Of a stretch of 64,000 nucleotides of DNA, positions 29,516-39,100 are shown piece by piece; position 1 is the stretch's first letter; every line of letters begins with the position of its first letter. This DNA comes from Myxococcota bacterium (GTDB lineage: Bacteria > Myxococcota_A > Polyangia > Nannocystales > Nannocystaceae), in NCBI GenBank assembly GCA_039028615.1, contig JBCCHT010000013.1, positions 96,001 through 160,000 of the forward strand, written 5' to 3'. Below the pieces are notes generated by a model. The model was given only the letters and a program-made list of their open reading frames with translations. It did not search any database and was not told the DNA's origin. Made by a program: the position numbers and the translations under genes.

Positions 29516-30289
29516 CTAGCCAAACGGGTTGGCCGTCGCGGTCTTCTTCTTTTTCTTTTTCTTCTTCTTTTTCTTCTTGGGCTTGGTCTTGGGCGCTTGC
29601 GTCGGAGTGGCCGCAGGGGCGGCCGGATCCGCGGTGCCGGGCGCAGCCGTACCTGGGGCGGTACCCGGAGCGGCCGTGCCGGGAGCGGCGGCGGTCCCCG
29701 GCGCTGCACCAGGAGCGGCCCCCGGAGCACCCGGAGCCGCTGCGGCACCAGGAGCAGCACCCGGAGCACCCGGTGCGGCACCAGGGGCAGCACCCGGAGC
29801 CGCGACGGCGGCACCCGGAGCGCCCGGCGTACCGGGGGCAGCCGGAGTCGCACCTGGCGTGGGCGCGGGCGGCTCGGCCGGAGCCTCTTCCGTCTTGGTG
29901 TCTTGGGCAGCCGCGGCCGGTTTTTCCGGCTCGGGCTTGGGATCATCCCCGCCGAACATCACCATGGCGGCAACCACGCCGCCGAGCACGACGATACCGC
30001 CACCGATCCCCAACGCGAGGCCCGCGGTGGAGCTCTTTTGTTGGGGGGGAGGCTGTTGGTATTGCGCTGCCTGTTGAGCAGCTGCACCGCCTGCTGCACC
30101 AGCGGCAGCAGCAGCGGCCGCGGGGTCGGCCGGAGCCGGCGCCATCACGGTACCGCCGGGAACCGGTACAGGAGCTTCGGGCTCCTCCGGTTCCTCGGGC
30201 ATGGTCGGGGTCATCGCGAGTTCGTCGACCAGCTGACCCAGCAAGTCGTCGAATGCGTCGGCGTTCTGGCCTTGTCGAGAATTACTCAC
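29516..30289 (-). CDS. Single-TM low-complexity protein with APGA repeats and poly-Lys tail
   Basis: GTG start with GGAGGAAAGGA upstream; TM GLALGIGGGIVVLGGVVAAMVMF; (A/T)APG(A/T) repeats; about 12 consecutive Lys; NPFG end. Confidence 0.75.
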   Translation of the reverse strand: MSNSRQGQNADAFDDLLGQLVDELAMTPTMPEEPEEPEAPVPVPGGTVMAPAPADPAAAAAAAGAAGGAAAQQAAQYQQPPPQQKSSTAGLALGIGGGIVVLGGVVAAMVMFGGDDPKPEPEKPAAAAQDTKTEEAPAEPPAPTPGATPAAPGTPGAPGAAVAAPGAAPGAAPGAPGAAPGAAAAPGAPGAAPGAAPGTAAAPGTAAPGTAPGTAAPGTADPAAPAATPTQAPKTKPKKKKKKKKKKKKTATANPFG

Positions 30290-30370
30290 GGCCTAGCGTC
30301 CTTTCCTCCGGGCGTCACCGCGGGCGGAGTGTACCTTTTCGGTCTTTCGTCGGACAAGGGAAACACAGTC

Positions 30371-31474
30371 CTAGCGCACCGAGGGCATTGCCCGCGGCGA
30401 AGGGTCGGTGGTGCCTCGATCGTGGTCCGAGCCGAGGCTCGCAAGCGACCGGACCAAGGCTTCGACTCGTTGCCGAAGCTCGACCAGTCGGCGAGCCCGG
30501 CGCGGGTCGGGAGTGATTGGAGCCCGGTGAGGCGTGGCATGTTCAGCGGTCGAAGCACCCAGGGAAACCCCTCGTTCGCCGTACGTAGCACGGTCCTTGG
30601 CACGCTTTGTTCCGGGGTTGGAAGGTGGAGTTGCGTAGAGCCGATAGCGGCGCTCGTCCATGTACAGCGCCCGGCTCACCTCGAGTTGTAACGCATGCAG
30701 GCCCTCGGCTGGTCTGCCGAAACGACGCACCAGCTCGCCCCCGAGATACGGGTCGTTGAGCGTTACGCGCAGCGACGAATCGTGGCCCTGGCCCTTTTCG
30801 AGGGCGTTCATTGCGGTTTGCTCGAACCGGCGATCGCAGGCCTGGCCAGCGAGAGTGCCGAGCACCAGGTCGACGCCGACCGAGCTGGGCATGCTGTGGG
30901 CGTCCAGCAGCACGGCGAAGCCGAAGCGCTTGCGACGACGCTCGAGCAAGATTTCGAGGGCCTTCAAGTACGGCGCATGGAAGCGTTCGATCCGTTCGCG
31001 AAAGCGGGCGTAGGGAAGGGGCCCGTTCAGTAGTCGGACGTTGCCGATGGCCGCGGCCCACACGACCCCGCGCCCGGGTCGACCGGCGTCACGATCGGCC
31101 TCGGGCTCCTCGCGGGTCGGGACCACGCCGGGACTCTTGCGAGGCCGAGGCGCGGGGTGGTCGGGAACGATCCGACGAGAAACATCGTCGGCCGCACGGT
31201 TGAGATCTGCCACGAGCCGGCTGTAGATCGCGGTGACCGATGCACCGAAATGTGGGCATGAATCGTACAGTGTATGTACGTCGTAGTCCGAGTTCCGCGG
31301 GAAGTCGGCCTGAGGCTTCGGCGGGAGATCGTGCGGCCACGCCAACCCGACATGCGGGAAGCTGATCACCAACGGGGACCAGACGCGGCCGGGGGTGAAG
31401 CGCACCGGCATGCGTGCCCCGGGCGGCAAACCCAGGTCCTCGGAGGAAAGGCGCTCGTATGCAGCGTCGGTCAT
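30371..31474 (-). CDS. N-formylglutamate amidohydrolase family protein
   Basis: SFPHVG, SRLVADLNR, FHAPY, LDAHSM, NDPYLGG, LQLEVSRALY. Confidence 0.9.
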   Translation of the reverse strand: MTDAAYERLSSEDLGLPPGARMPVRFTPGRVWSPLVISFPHVGLAWPHDLPPKPQADFPRNSDYDVHTLYDSCPHFGASVTAIYSRLVADLNRAADDVSRRIVPDHPAPRPRKSPGVVPTREEPEADRDAGRPGRGVVWAAAIGNVRLLNGPLPYARFRERIERFHAPYLKALEILLERRRKRFGFAVLLDAHSMPSSVGVDLVLGTLAGQACDRRFEQTAMNALEKGQGHDSSLRVTLNDPYLGGELVRRFGRPAEGLHALQLEVSRALYMDERRYRLYATPPSNPGTKRAKDRATYGERGVSLGASTAEHATPHRAPITPDPRRARRLVELRQRVEALVRSLASLGSDHDRGTTDPSPRAMPSVR

Positions 31475-31608
31475 CGACGACAGAACCCGAAGAGCTTACC
31501 AGGCGTCGTCTCCAGACCCCAGAAAACGGGTGCGGAAGCGTAGGCAAATATCCTGTATTTGCCCTCAAACCCCCACCAAAATGAGCGTCTGGTCACTTTT
31601 TCTCGGAA

Positions 31609-31766
31609 AGACGTCGGGTTCCCGGCGTCTGAGTTTGTGGACATGGCGGGGCTCGAGTCTCTCCCGCGCGCCCCCGGTCGACTGGACCTCGACCGGGTGG
31701 GGTGAGCCCGAGCCCTAACGGAGCCTCTGACGACGCCGCAGCTTCCCGCTGCGGCGTTTCTTTTTT
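31609..31766 (+). ncRNA. Candidate structured small RNA (three hairpins ending in an intrinsic terminator)
   Basis: Hairpins at 31609-31630, about 31649-31715 and 31733-31757, then TTCTTTTTT; no credible + strand CDS upstream. Confidence 0.4.
31733..31766 (+). terminator. Intrinsic terminator on + strand
   Basis: ACGCCGCAGC-TTCCC-GCTGCGGCGT followed by TTCTTTTTT. Confidence 0.75.
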
Positions 31767-31826
31767 GGTTCGATCTCGGCGGGGTGATCGCCGGCCGTGT
31801 CGGCCTCGAGATCGCGATTGGATTCG

Positions 31827-31867
31827 AAAAGGCGAGAGGCCCACCGCTTGGTGCGGTGAGCCTCTCG
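31827..31867 (-). terminator. Intrinsic terminator of tRNA-Gln/tRNA-Glu transcript
   Basis: Minus strand CGAGAGGCTCACCGC-ACCAA-GCGGTGGGCCTCTCG then CCTTTT. Confidence 0.75.
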
Positions 31868-31869
31868 TT

Positions 31870-31944
31870 TGGTGACCCCACGGGGAATCGAACCCCGGTT
31901 TCTGGGATGAGAACCCAGCGTCCTAACCGCTGGACGATGGGGCC
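31870..31944 (-). tRNA. tRNA-Glu(CTC)
   Basis: GGCCCCATCGTCCAGCGGTTAGGACGCTGGGTT-CTC-ATCCCAGAAACCGGGGTTCGATTCCCCGTGGGGTCACCA. Confidence 0.97.
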
Positions 31945-31947
31945 GTG

Positions 31948-32021
31948 TGGTTCGGGGACAAGGATTCGAACCTTGATTAACTGGACCAGAACCAGTCGTC
32001 CTACCATTGAACGATCCCCGA
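31948..32021 (-). tRNA. tRNA-Gln(CTG)
   Basis: TCGGGGATCGTTCAATGGTAGGACGACTGGTT-CTG-GTCCAGTTAATCAAGGTTCGAATCCTTGTCCCCGAACCA; 3-nt spacer to tRNA-Glu. Confidence 0.97.
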
Positions 32022-32159
32022 CCAGGTCGTTCGTCGTTGCGTCTGGGTGCCGGAAGATGCGCAAAGCCGAAGGCAGTGTCAAGCGTTATTGGGTGTGAAA
32101 ACTCCGGCCTTGGTTTCGGGCCCGTTTGCCGGTCGATCCACTAGCGGTACCCTGCCGCC

Positions 32160-34016
32160 ATGTCGACTCGCGTGAAAACCGCAGATCGCGCTTCTCGTGG
32201 CCGTCGCTCGCTCCTGGTGGCGTTGGCGACGATCGGACTGGCTTCGGTTCCCGCGTGCCGAGGCGGCGCGCCGTCGGGCCAGGAGGACGGCGGCAAGCAA
32301 GCTCCGGCCGCTGCGGATTCGAAGAAGGTCGACGACCCCGCCGTCGCCGACGGTGCGCGCAGCATGCCCGCCGTCGAGGCCGAGCCGCCCCGCGTCGCGG
32401 TGGGCACACAAGGAGCCGTCTCCAGCGCCGAGGCCAACGCGTCTCGGATCGGCGTGGAGGTCCTGAAAAAGGGAGGCAACGCCGTCGATGCGGCGGTGGC
32501 CGTGGGGTTTGCCCTGGCGGTGACGCATCCGTCGGCGGGCAACTTGGGCGGCGGTGGCTTCCTGGTGGTGCGCTTGGCCGACGGCAAGACGGCGGCGATC
32601 GACTACCGGGAGGAAGCGCCCGGGGCTGCGTCGCGCGACATGTACCTCGACGCCAAGGGCGAGCCGAGCAACGAGCGCTTGCTGGGGCCCAAGGCGGCCG
32701 GCATTCCGGGCACGGTGGCCGGCCTGGCCAAGGCCCACGAGCGCTTCGGTACGCTGCCCTGGAAGGACTTGGTCGAGCCCGCGGTGCGCTTGGCCAAGGA
32801 CGGGCACACCCTCGATTCGTTCCACGCCAAGGACCTGTCGTCCGGCTCGGGGCGCATGATCAAGGCGGGCTTCAAGGACTCCGCGGCGTACTACCTCAAG
32901 GCCGACGGCACCGAGTACGCGGAGGGAGACACCTGGGTCCAACCCGAGCTCGCACAGACCCTGCAGGCCATCGCCGACGGCGGTCCCCGGGCGTTTTACG
33001 AGGGGCCGCTGGCCGAGCGGATGGCGGCCGAGGTCAGCAAGGCGGGCGGCATCTGGAAGGCCGCGGACCTCAAGGCCTACGACGCGGAAGAGCGCGAGCC
33101 GATCGCGTTCGACTATCGCGGCCACCAAGTGATCACGATGCCTCCGCCCTCCGCGGGCGGCATCGTACTGCGGCAGCTGCTGGCCGCGTCGGAGTCGATG
33201 AACCTGCAGCAGCACCCCTGGCGCGGGCTCGACGAGGTGCACCTGTTCACCGAGGCCATGCGCCGCACCTATGCCGACCGCAACATGCTGCTGGGCGACC
33301 CGGGCTTCGTCGAGCTGCCCATGGACTCGCTGCTCGACACCAAGTACGTCGCCAAGCGCATGTCGGACATCGATCCGAACAAGGCGACGCCCTCGGACGA
33401 GGTCGGGGCCGGGCTGCCCGTGGGGCGCGAGTCCGAAGAGACGACGCACTTTTCCGTCGTCGACGGCCAGGGCAACGCGGTCTCGAACACGTACACGCTC
33501 AACCTCGGCTTCGGGGCGAAGTTCGTGGTGCCGGGCACGGGCGTGCTGCTCAACAACGAGATGGACGACTTCTCGGTCAAGCCGGGCTCGGCCAACATCT
33601 TCGGCCTGGTCCAGGGGGAGCCCAACAAGATCGAGCCGGGTAAGCGCATGCTCAGCTCGATGACCCCCACCATCGTCGTGCACGAGGGCGAGCTTCGGGC
33701 GGTGGTCGGTACGCCGGGCGGCCCGACCATCACCACCACCGTGGCCACCATCATTCGCGGGATGATCGACTACGACCTCACCCTCGATCAGGCCATCGCC
33801 TCGCCCCGCGTGCATCACCAGTGGAAGCCGGACCAGATCTGGGCCGAGGATCGCCTCGACGACGCGGTGGAGACCGGGCTGCAGGGCAAGGGGCACGGCC
33901 TCCGCACCCGCGGGGGCATGGGCCACGCCAACTGCATCGAGGTCGACCCGAAGACCAAGGGCTTCGTGGCGGTGGCCGACGTCGAGCGCGACGGCGGAGC
34001 CGCGGTTGCCTACTGA
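32160..34016 (+). CDS. ggt: Gamma-glutamyltransferase (probable lipoprotein)
   Basis: GGNAVDAAVA, GGGGF, IDYRE, ETTHFS autocleavage Thr, LNNEMDDF, PGKRMLSSM. Confidence 0.97.
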   Translation: MSTRVKTADRASRGRRSLLVALATIGLASVPACRGGAPSGQEDGGKQAPAAADSKKVDDPAVADGARSMPAVEAEPPRVAVGTQGAVSSAEANASRIGVEVLKKGGNAVDAAVAVGFALAVTHPSAGNLGGGGFLVVRLADGKTAAIDYREEAPGAASRDMYLDAKGEPSNERLLGPKAAGIPGTVAGLAKAHERFGTLPWKDLVEPAVRLAKDGHTLDSFHAKDLSSGSGRMIKAGFKDSAAYYLKADGTEYAEGDTWVQPELAQTLQAIADGGPRAFYEGPLAERMAAEVSKAGGIWKAADLKAYDAEEREPIAFDYRGHQVITMPPPSAGGIVLRQLLAASESMNLQQHPWRGLDEVHLFTEAMRRTYADRNMLLGDPGFVELPMDSLLDTKYVAKRMSDIDPNKATPSDEVGAGLPVGRESEETTHFSVVDGQGNAVSNTYTLNLGFGAKFVVPGTGVLLNNEMDDFSVKPGSANIFGLVQGEPNKIEPGKRMLSSMTPTIVVHEGELRAVVGTPGGPTITTTVATIIRGMIDYDLTLDQAIASPRVHHQWKPDQIWAEDRLDDAVETGLQGKGHGLRTRGGMGHANCIEVDPKTKGFVAVADVERDGGAAVAY

Positions 34017-34035
34017 CAACGGGACACCTGCAAGG

Positions 34036-34746
34036 ATGGACGCGAAGATGACCGGTGCGACCGTCGTCCTGTTCGATATCGACGGAACCCTGCTCACCGC
34101 CAAGGGAGCGGGGCGTCGAGCCATGGAAGAGGGCTTTGCCGCGGTGATCGGCAGCAGCCACGGCTTGGCGTCGATCCGCTTCGCGGGCGGCACGGACCCC
34201 GCGATCGTGCGCGAGGGGCTGGAGGCGATGGGGCAGGCGGTGGACGACCGCCGGATCGACGCCGTCATCGAGGCCTATCTCGAGCGCCTGCCTCCGCAGC
34301 TCGAGGCGGCTCCGCCCGTCGTGCTGCCTGGGGTGCTCGCGATGCTCGATCGGCTGGAGCCCATGACCGACGTCGCCATCGGGATCGGCACGGGCAACGT
34401 GGAGGCCGGGGCACGGGCCAAGCTGCGGGCGGCCGGGCTCGATGAGCGCTTCGGGTTCGGCGGCTTCGGGTCCGACCACCACCTGCGGGCCGAGCTGTTG
34501 CGGGCGGGCGCACGCCGAGGGGCGGCCGCGTTGCAGCGCTCCGAGTCCGAGTGCGCGGTCCTGGTCATCGGCGATACGCCCAAGGACGTCGCCGCGGCGC
34601 ATGCCATCGGGGCCCGCTGCATGGCCGTCGCCACCTCCTACTACGACGCCGACGCGCTCCGAGCCACGGGAGCCGACCTGGTCGTGGAGGATCTCGAGCA
34701 GCCCGAGGCCATGGCCTGGCTGCATGACCAGATCCGGGCCGCCTGA
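34036..34746 (+). CDS. HAD-family hydrolase
   Basis: LFDIDGTL motif I, TGN, IGDTPKDV motif IV. Confidence 0.9.
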   Translation: MDAKMTGATVVLFDIDGTLLTAKGAGRRAMEEGFAAVIGSSHGLASIRFAGGTDPAIVREGLEAMGQAVDDRRIDAVIEAYLERLPPQLEAAPPVVLPGVLAMLDRLEPMTDVAIGIGTGNVEAGARAKLRAAGLDERFGFGGFGSDHHLRAELLRAGARRGAAALQRSESECAVLVIGDTPKDVAAAHAIGARCMAVATSYYDADALRATGADLVVEDLEQPEAMAWLHDQIRAA

Positions 34747-34857
34747 CGAAAAACGCTCGCGATCCCAAACCTTTGGGTCGATCATACGGACTGCGTGCGG
34801 CGTGCGCAGACCGCGATTAGCTCGATTCGAGTCGCCGTTCGTTAGGGGGCCTCGGCG

Positions 34858-36036
34858 ATGGAGCGTATTGGCGAATACCTGGTGTCTCGTCTCATCGGTG
34901 AGGGTGGGATGGGGAAGGTCTATGAGGCGGAGGAGCGGCTTTCGAAGCGCAAGGTCGCGCTGAAGGTGCTGCGACCCGAGCTGGCCCGCAACGAGGACGG
35001 CCGCCGGCTGTTCCTCAACGAGATGACGATCTTGGCGCATCTCGACCACGCCAACGTGGTGCGGTGCCTGGCCTGTACCGAGGTCGACGGCGACCTGGTG
35101 ATGGCGCTCGAGTACCTCGAAGGGCCCACCTTGCGGCAGGTGCTGTCGGATCGCGGGCGGATCTCGTGGACCGAGGCGGCCGCCATCGTGGTGCAGATCG
35201 CCGCCGGTCTGGGCGCGGCCCATCGCCAGGCGCCGCCCATCGTGCATCGCGACCTCAAGCCCGAAAATGTCATCGTGCTGCCCGACGGGCGGGTCAAGGT
35301 GATGGACTTCGGCATCGCCAAGGTGCTCGAGGCCATGCGCAAGGGCACCACGCAGTCGGTGGGCACCTTGCAGTACATGAGCCCGGAGCAGATCGACGCG
35401 GGCGAGATCGGGCCCGCCACCGACCTGTATGCGCTGGGGCTGGTGTTCTACGAGCTGCTCAGCGGGCAGCCGCCGTTTTGCTCCGCCTCGCCGCGAGAGC
35501 TGCTCAACCTGCAGTGCACCGAGCCGCCGCCGCCCTTGCCCGATGATGTCCGCAAGGGCTTGCCGCGAGGTGTCGAGCGCTTGGTGTTTGCGTTGCTGCA
35601 AAAGGACCCGAAGGATCGGCCGGAGTCGGCCGACGATGTGATCGAGACGCTCGAGCCCTTCGCCGCGGCCGAGCTGGATCTGGGCGTGGGCATACCGGCG
35701 GGCGGCAGCACGTCGAAGTCGCCATCGAGCTCGGGGGCCCGCGCGTCGTCCTCGGGGCGCGCGGCCGTCGATACCGATCTACCTTCGCCGGCCGAGGCGG
35801 GGGCAGGCAGCACCCCCTCGCCCGTGGCCCGGCCCCCGGTGGCGGCGGCGGACACCATCGGCCTCATCGAGCGCGCCAGCGGACCGAGGCAAATCTCGGG
35901 CTCCATGGCGCTGGTCATCATCGTGGTGCTCTCGGCGATGGCGGGGCTGGTCACCTATCTCGTGCGCACGGGCGAGGCCTCGGGCGCGCCGATCGACTCC
36001 AGCGCGGTCACGGCGGTGGCCCAGCCCGGGCGGTGA
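34858..36036 (+). CDS. Membrane-anchored Ser/Thr protein kinase (intact catalytic motifs)
   Basis: GEGGMGKVY, VALK, HRDLKPEN, DFG, GTLQYMSPE, DLYALG; C-terminal TM ALVIIVVLSAMAGLVTYLV with very short external tail. Confidence 0.95.
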   Translation: MERIGEYLVSRLIGEGGMGKVYEAEERLSKRKVALKVLRPELARNEDGRRLFLNEMTILAHLDHANVVRCLACTEVDGDLVMALEYLEGPTLRQVLSDRGRISWTEAAAIVVQIAAGLGAAHRQAPPIVHRDLKPENVIVLPDGRVKVMDFGIAKVLEAMRKGTTQSVGTLQYMSPEQIDAGEIGPATDLYALGLVFYELLSGQPPFCSASPRELLNLQCTEPPPPLPDDVRKGLPRGVERLVFALLQKDPKDRPESADDVIETLEPFAAAELDLGVGIPAGGSTSKSPSSSGARASSSGRAAVDTDLPSPAEAGAGSTPSPVARPPVAAADTIGLIERASGPRQISGSMALVIIVVLSAMAGLVTYLVRTGEASGAPIDSSAVTAVAQPGR

Positions 36037-36043
36037 GCCAGTC

Positions 36044-39000
36044 GTGACGGACCCGTCCAACTCCTCGACCTCAGAAGAGACTGCGCCCGCCCAGGCAGTG
36101 AAAGAGCGGCGAGACGTCGGGCGGGCTTCGTGCTCGACCCTCGTCGATGGCTCGGAGCTATGGCGGTGGTCCGACCCGGCAGACCCGGCGGTGGTTCGGA
36201 TCGGGGCCTGGGAGGGGCTCGGGGGGTTCACGAAATCCGGCGTCGACCAGCAGGGCGCCTGGCAGTGGCGACCCGCGGCGGCGCAGCGACTCGACGCCTG
36301 GCTTCGCGAAGGACCGCATGCGTGGGCCGAGGTTCGATCGGTGGTCGTCGCGGTGGTCGAGCGCCTGCAGTGGTGCGAAGCCCGGGCGTTGTTCCCCGGG
36401 CCGCTGGATCCGGCCGAGGTCGTGCTCGACGAAGCGGGCGAGGACGTCGTGTTGCGGGCCGACGCGATGCTGCGGTCGCTGTGTGGAGACACGGCCGCGG
36501 AGACGACGGGCAGCCCCGGGCTCTCGCGTTGGGTGCCGCCCGAGCAGGCCAACGGCGAGCCGTGGGACAACGCCGCGAATCGCTACGTGGTGGGCCTGGT
36601 GCTGTACCGCGCGCTGTGTGGGCATCATCCGTTTTCTGGGCAGGGGCTGCGCCGTGGGCTGCAGCAGCAAGCCCAGCAGGGGGCGGCGCCGTTCCCCGAC
36701 GAGGTCGCACGCGAGGTGCCGCCGGGGTTGCAGTCGCTTTGTCTGCAGCTGCTCGAGCCGCAGGTGTCCGGTCGGCCCGCGTCGGCGAAGGCGGTCGCGC
36801 AGCGCCTCGAGTCGCTCGAGTCGCCGCCAGCCGCCAGCCCGCCCGAGCGCCCGCGTACGCCGAACGTCACCCAGGCTCCCGTGGCGGTCGTTCGAGCCAA
36901 GAAACCGGCGACGCCCAGTCCTCCGCGTGCGGCGTCGGCCGGCCACCGTGGCGATCGCTGGTGGCGACGCGTCGGCATCGTGGCTCCGCTGGTCGGTGGG
37001 GCTGCGCTCGCGCTGGGCATGAGCACGTTCGTCGAACCGCCGGCCCCGGCCGCCCCGCCACCCCAGGTGGGAGACGCTGCCCCGCTGACGCTGGACCAGA
37101 CCTCCGCGGACGATTGCGCCGCCTGTCACCCGCGCCAGGTCGCGCAGTGGAGTCAGTCGGTCATGGCTCATGCCGCGCGCAGCCCGATGTTCCAGGCGCT
37201 CGAGATCCTGATCCAAGAGCAGGTCGGTCGTAGCTTCGATTGCCCCGAGGGCGCGGGCGCGCTGCGGAGCGTGGACCCGCGCACCGCCTGTCGCGAGCCC
37301 AACGAAGGGCGGGCCATCACCGGTTCCGGCGGCGAGCTGTGGTGCGTCAACTGCCACGCCGCGGGCGAGAACCTCAAACCGGTCATGCCCGCGTGGGACG
37401 GCCGCGCGCGCAACTCTGCCAGTCGTCGTCCGCTTCGTGACCTGCTGCCCGATTCGGCGATGGAGGGCATCTCCTGCGCCGTCTGCCACACCACGCACGG
37501 TCCGGTGCGCCCGGGCGACGAAGAACTGGGGCGCTACGAGGGCAACCCGGGCTGGGTCTCGTTCATCACGGGCGATCGGTTTTCGTCGCGACCGGAGGAC
37601 CGACGCGGGCTCTTCGGCATCGCCAACAGCGGCTACTCGCTCGACCCTGGGGTGCTGATCGCCGGGCCGGGCGATGACGACCGTGTGCCCGGAGGGGCCC
37701 ATCGACGCACGCCGCCCGAGACCCGGGAGTACCTGCGTCGCAGCGAGTTCTGCGGGGCGTGCCACGACGTGCGCCTGTTCGGGACCGACGTCGTGGGGGC
37801 GCGCGATCGGGGCGAGCACTTCAAGCGCCTGCGCAATGCCTACTCGGAGTGGGACGCCTGGGCCACGGCCGAGCGCCGGGCGGGGCGGCAGCCCGCGTCC
37901 TGCCAGGATTGCCACATGAGCGAATTCCCGGGCCTGTGCGTGCCCGATGGCGACGGCCTCGGGGCATCGTTCATCGATCCCGGCGCCACTGCGCTGTTGC
38001 GGGCGTGCCCGCCCGGAACCCACTTCGAGTCGCGACAGCCCGGCGACTACCCCAAGGGCCGGGCCTCCATCGCGTCCGACGAGGCGACGATCACCACCCA
38101 CTACTTCTCGGGCGTCGATGCTCCGCTGACTCCCGGCATGGTCGAGGAGCTGATCGAAGACCCGCGCCTCGACGAGACCGGCGTGCCGCGGGGGCTCAGC
38201 CCGCGACGCGACATCCTGCTGGGCCGAACCTTCCGCTTCGAGGTGCGCGGGGCCGAGGCTCGTGGGGGGCTGCTCACCATCCCCGTCGAGCTCGAGAACG
38301 AAAACGCCGGGCACCGGGTCCCGGCCGGCTTCTCCCAGGAGCGCGAGATCTGGGTGCACCTGAGGGTGACCGACGCCGAGGGACGGCTCGTCTACGAAGT
38401 GGGGCGGGTCGATCGCGGCGACGAGGACCTGCACGACAAGCAGTTCGTGCGCGTCAACGTCGATGATCGCTTGGTCGATGCCCAGGGCCAGCCGCAAGGC
38501 GTGTTCGGGGCCGACGTTCGCGACGGGCCCGACGTGCCGCAGTGGAGCCCCTCGCCCCGCCTGGGCGGCTCGCGGTTCCGCGGCAAGGGCCTCATCAACC
38601 TGCAAAACGGGTTCTTGCGCTGTGTGACCTGCATCGGGCGGATCGACGCGTCCGGGCGCTGCCAGCCCTTGCCGGGGCAGGGCAACTTCCGCGCCGATCG
38701 CTTTGCCGACGGCCAATACGACCTCGATACGGGGGAGTGCGGCTCGAACCTCGTGGGTGACGAAGCGTTGTTCGAGATTTACTTCCCGGTCGGCGCTCTC
38801 GATGCCACCCGCGGAGGCACGCGGGGCCCGGATGCGATCATCGACACCCGCTCGGCGCCGCCGGGCGTGCCGCTGCGCTACGCCTACGAGCTTCCCACCA
38901 ACGGCGCCTCGGGTCCGTTCACCGTCGATGCGCGGCTGATGTTCCGGGCCTTCCCTCCGTTTCTGGTGCGAGCGTTCGCCGACTACGAGGCGATTCAAGA

Positions 39001-39100
39001 CGCGCGAGGCAACCGACCCAGCGGGCCCCTGGTGACCCACGATATGCTCGAACGGCTCGAAGTGGTCGAGCTGAATCGGGTGCGCGTGACCCTTCCATGA
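36044..39100 (+). CDS. Pseudokinase - TM - multiheme cytochrome c fusion (5 CxxCH)
   Basis: Kinase C-lobe remnants (WVPPEQANGEPWD...YVVGLVLYRALCGHHPF); TM VGIVAPLVGGAALALGM; CAACH, CVNCH, CAVCH, CGACH, CQDCH; NAGHRVPAG C-terminal domain. Confidence 0.85.
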   Translation: MTDPSNSSTSEETAPAQAVKERRDVGRASCSTLVDGSELWRWSDPADPAVVRIGAWEGLGGFTKSGVDQQGAWQWRPAAAQRLDAWLREGPHAWAEVRSVVVAVVERLQWCEARALFPGPLDPAEVVLDEAGEDVVLRADAMLRSLCGDTAAETTGSPGLSRWVPPEQANGEPWDNAANRYVVGLVLYRALCGHHPFSGQGLRRGLQQQAQQGAAPFPDEVAREVPPGLQSLCLQLLEPQVSGRPASAKAVAQRLESLESPPAASPPERPRTPNVTQAPVAVVRAKKPATPSPPRAASAGHRGDRWWRRVGIVAPLVGGAALALGMSTFVEPPAPAAPPPQVGDAAPLTLDQTSADDCAACHPRQVAQWSQSVMAHAARSPMFQALEILIQEQVGRSFDCPEGAGALRSVDPRTACREPNEGRAITGSGGELWCVNCHAAGENLKPVMPAWDGRARNSASRRPLRDLLPDSAMEGISCAVCHTTHGPVRPGDEELGRYEGNPGWVSFITGDRFSSRPEDRRGLFGIANSGYSLDPGVLIAGPGDDDRVPGGAHRRTPPETREYLRRSEFCGACHDVRLFGTDVVGARDRGEHFKRLRNAYSEWDAWATAERRAGRQPASCQDCHMSEFPGLCVPDGDGLGASFIDPGATALLRACPPGTHFESRQPGDYPKGRASIASDEATITTHYFSGVDAPLTPGMVEELIEDPRLDETGVPRGLSPRRDILLGRTFRFEVRGAEARGGLLTIPVELENENAGHRVPAGFSQEREIWVHLRVTDAEGRLVYEVGRVDRGDEDLHDKQFVRVNVDDRLVDAQGQPQGVFGADVRDGPDVPQWSPSPRLGGSRFRGKGLINLQNGFLRCVTCIGRIDASGRCQPLPGQGNFRADRFADGQYDLDTGECGSNLVGDEALFEIYFPVGALDATRGGTRGPDAIIDTRSAPPGVPLRYAYELPTNGASGPFTVDARLMFRAFPPFLVRAFADYEAIQDARGNRPSGPLVTHDMLERLEVVELNRVRVTLP

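Noticed and set aside
29630..29860. Repetitive GCACCCGGAGC tract as a DNA repeat element
   Set aside because: Explained by APGA protein repeats on the minus strand
31590..31606. Sigma-54 promoter for the candidate sRNA (TGGTCACTTTTTCTC)
   Set aside because: No GC dinucleotide at the required distance from GG
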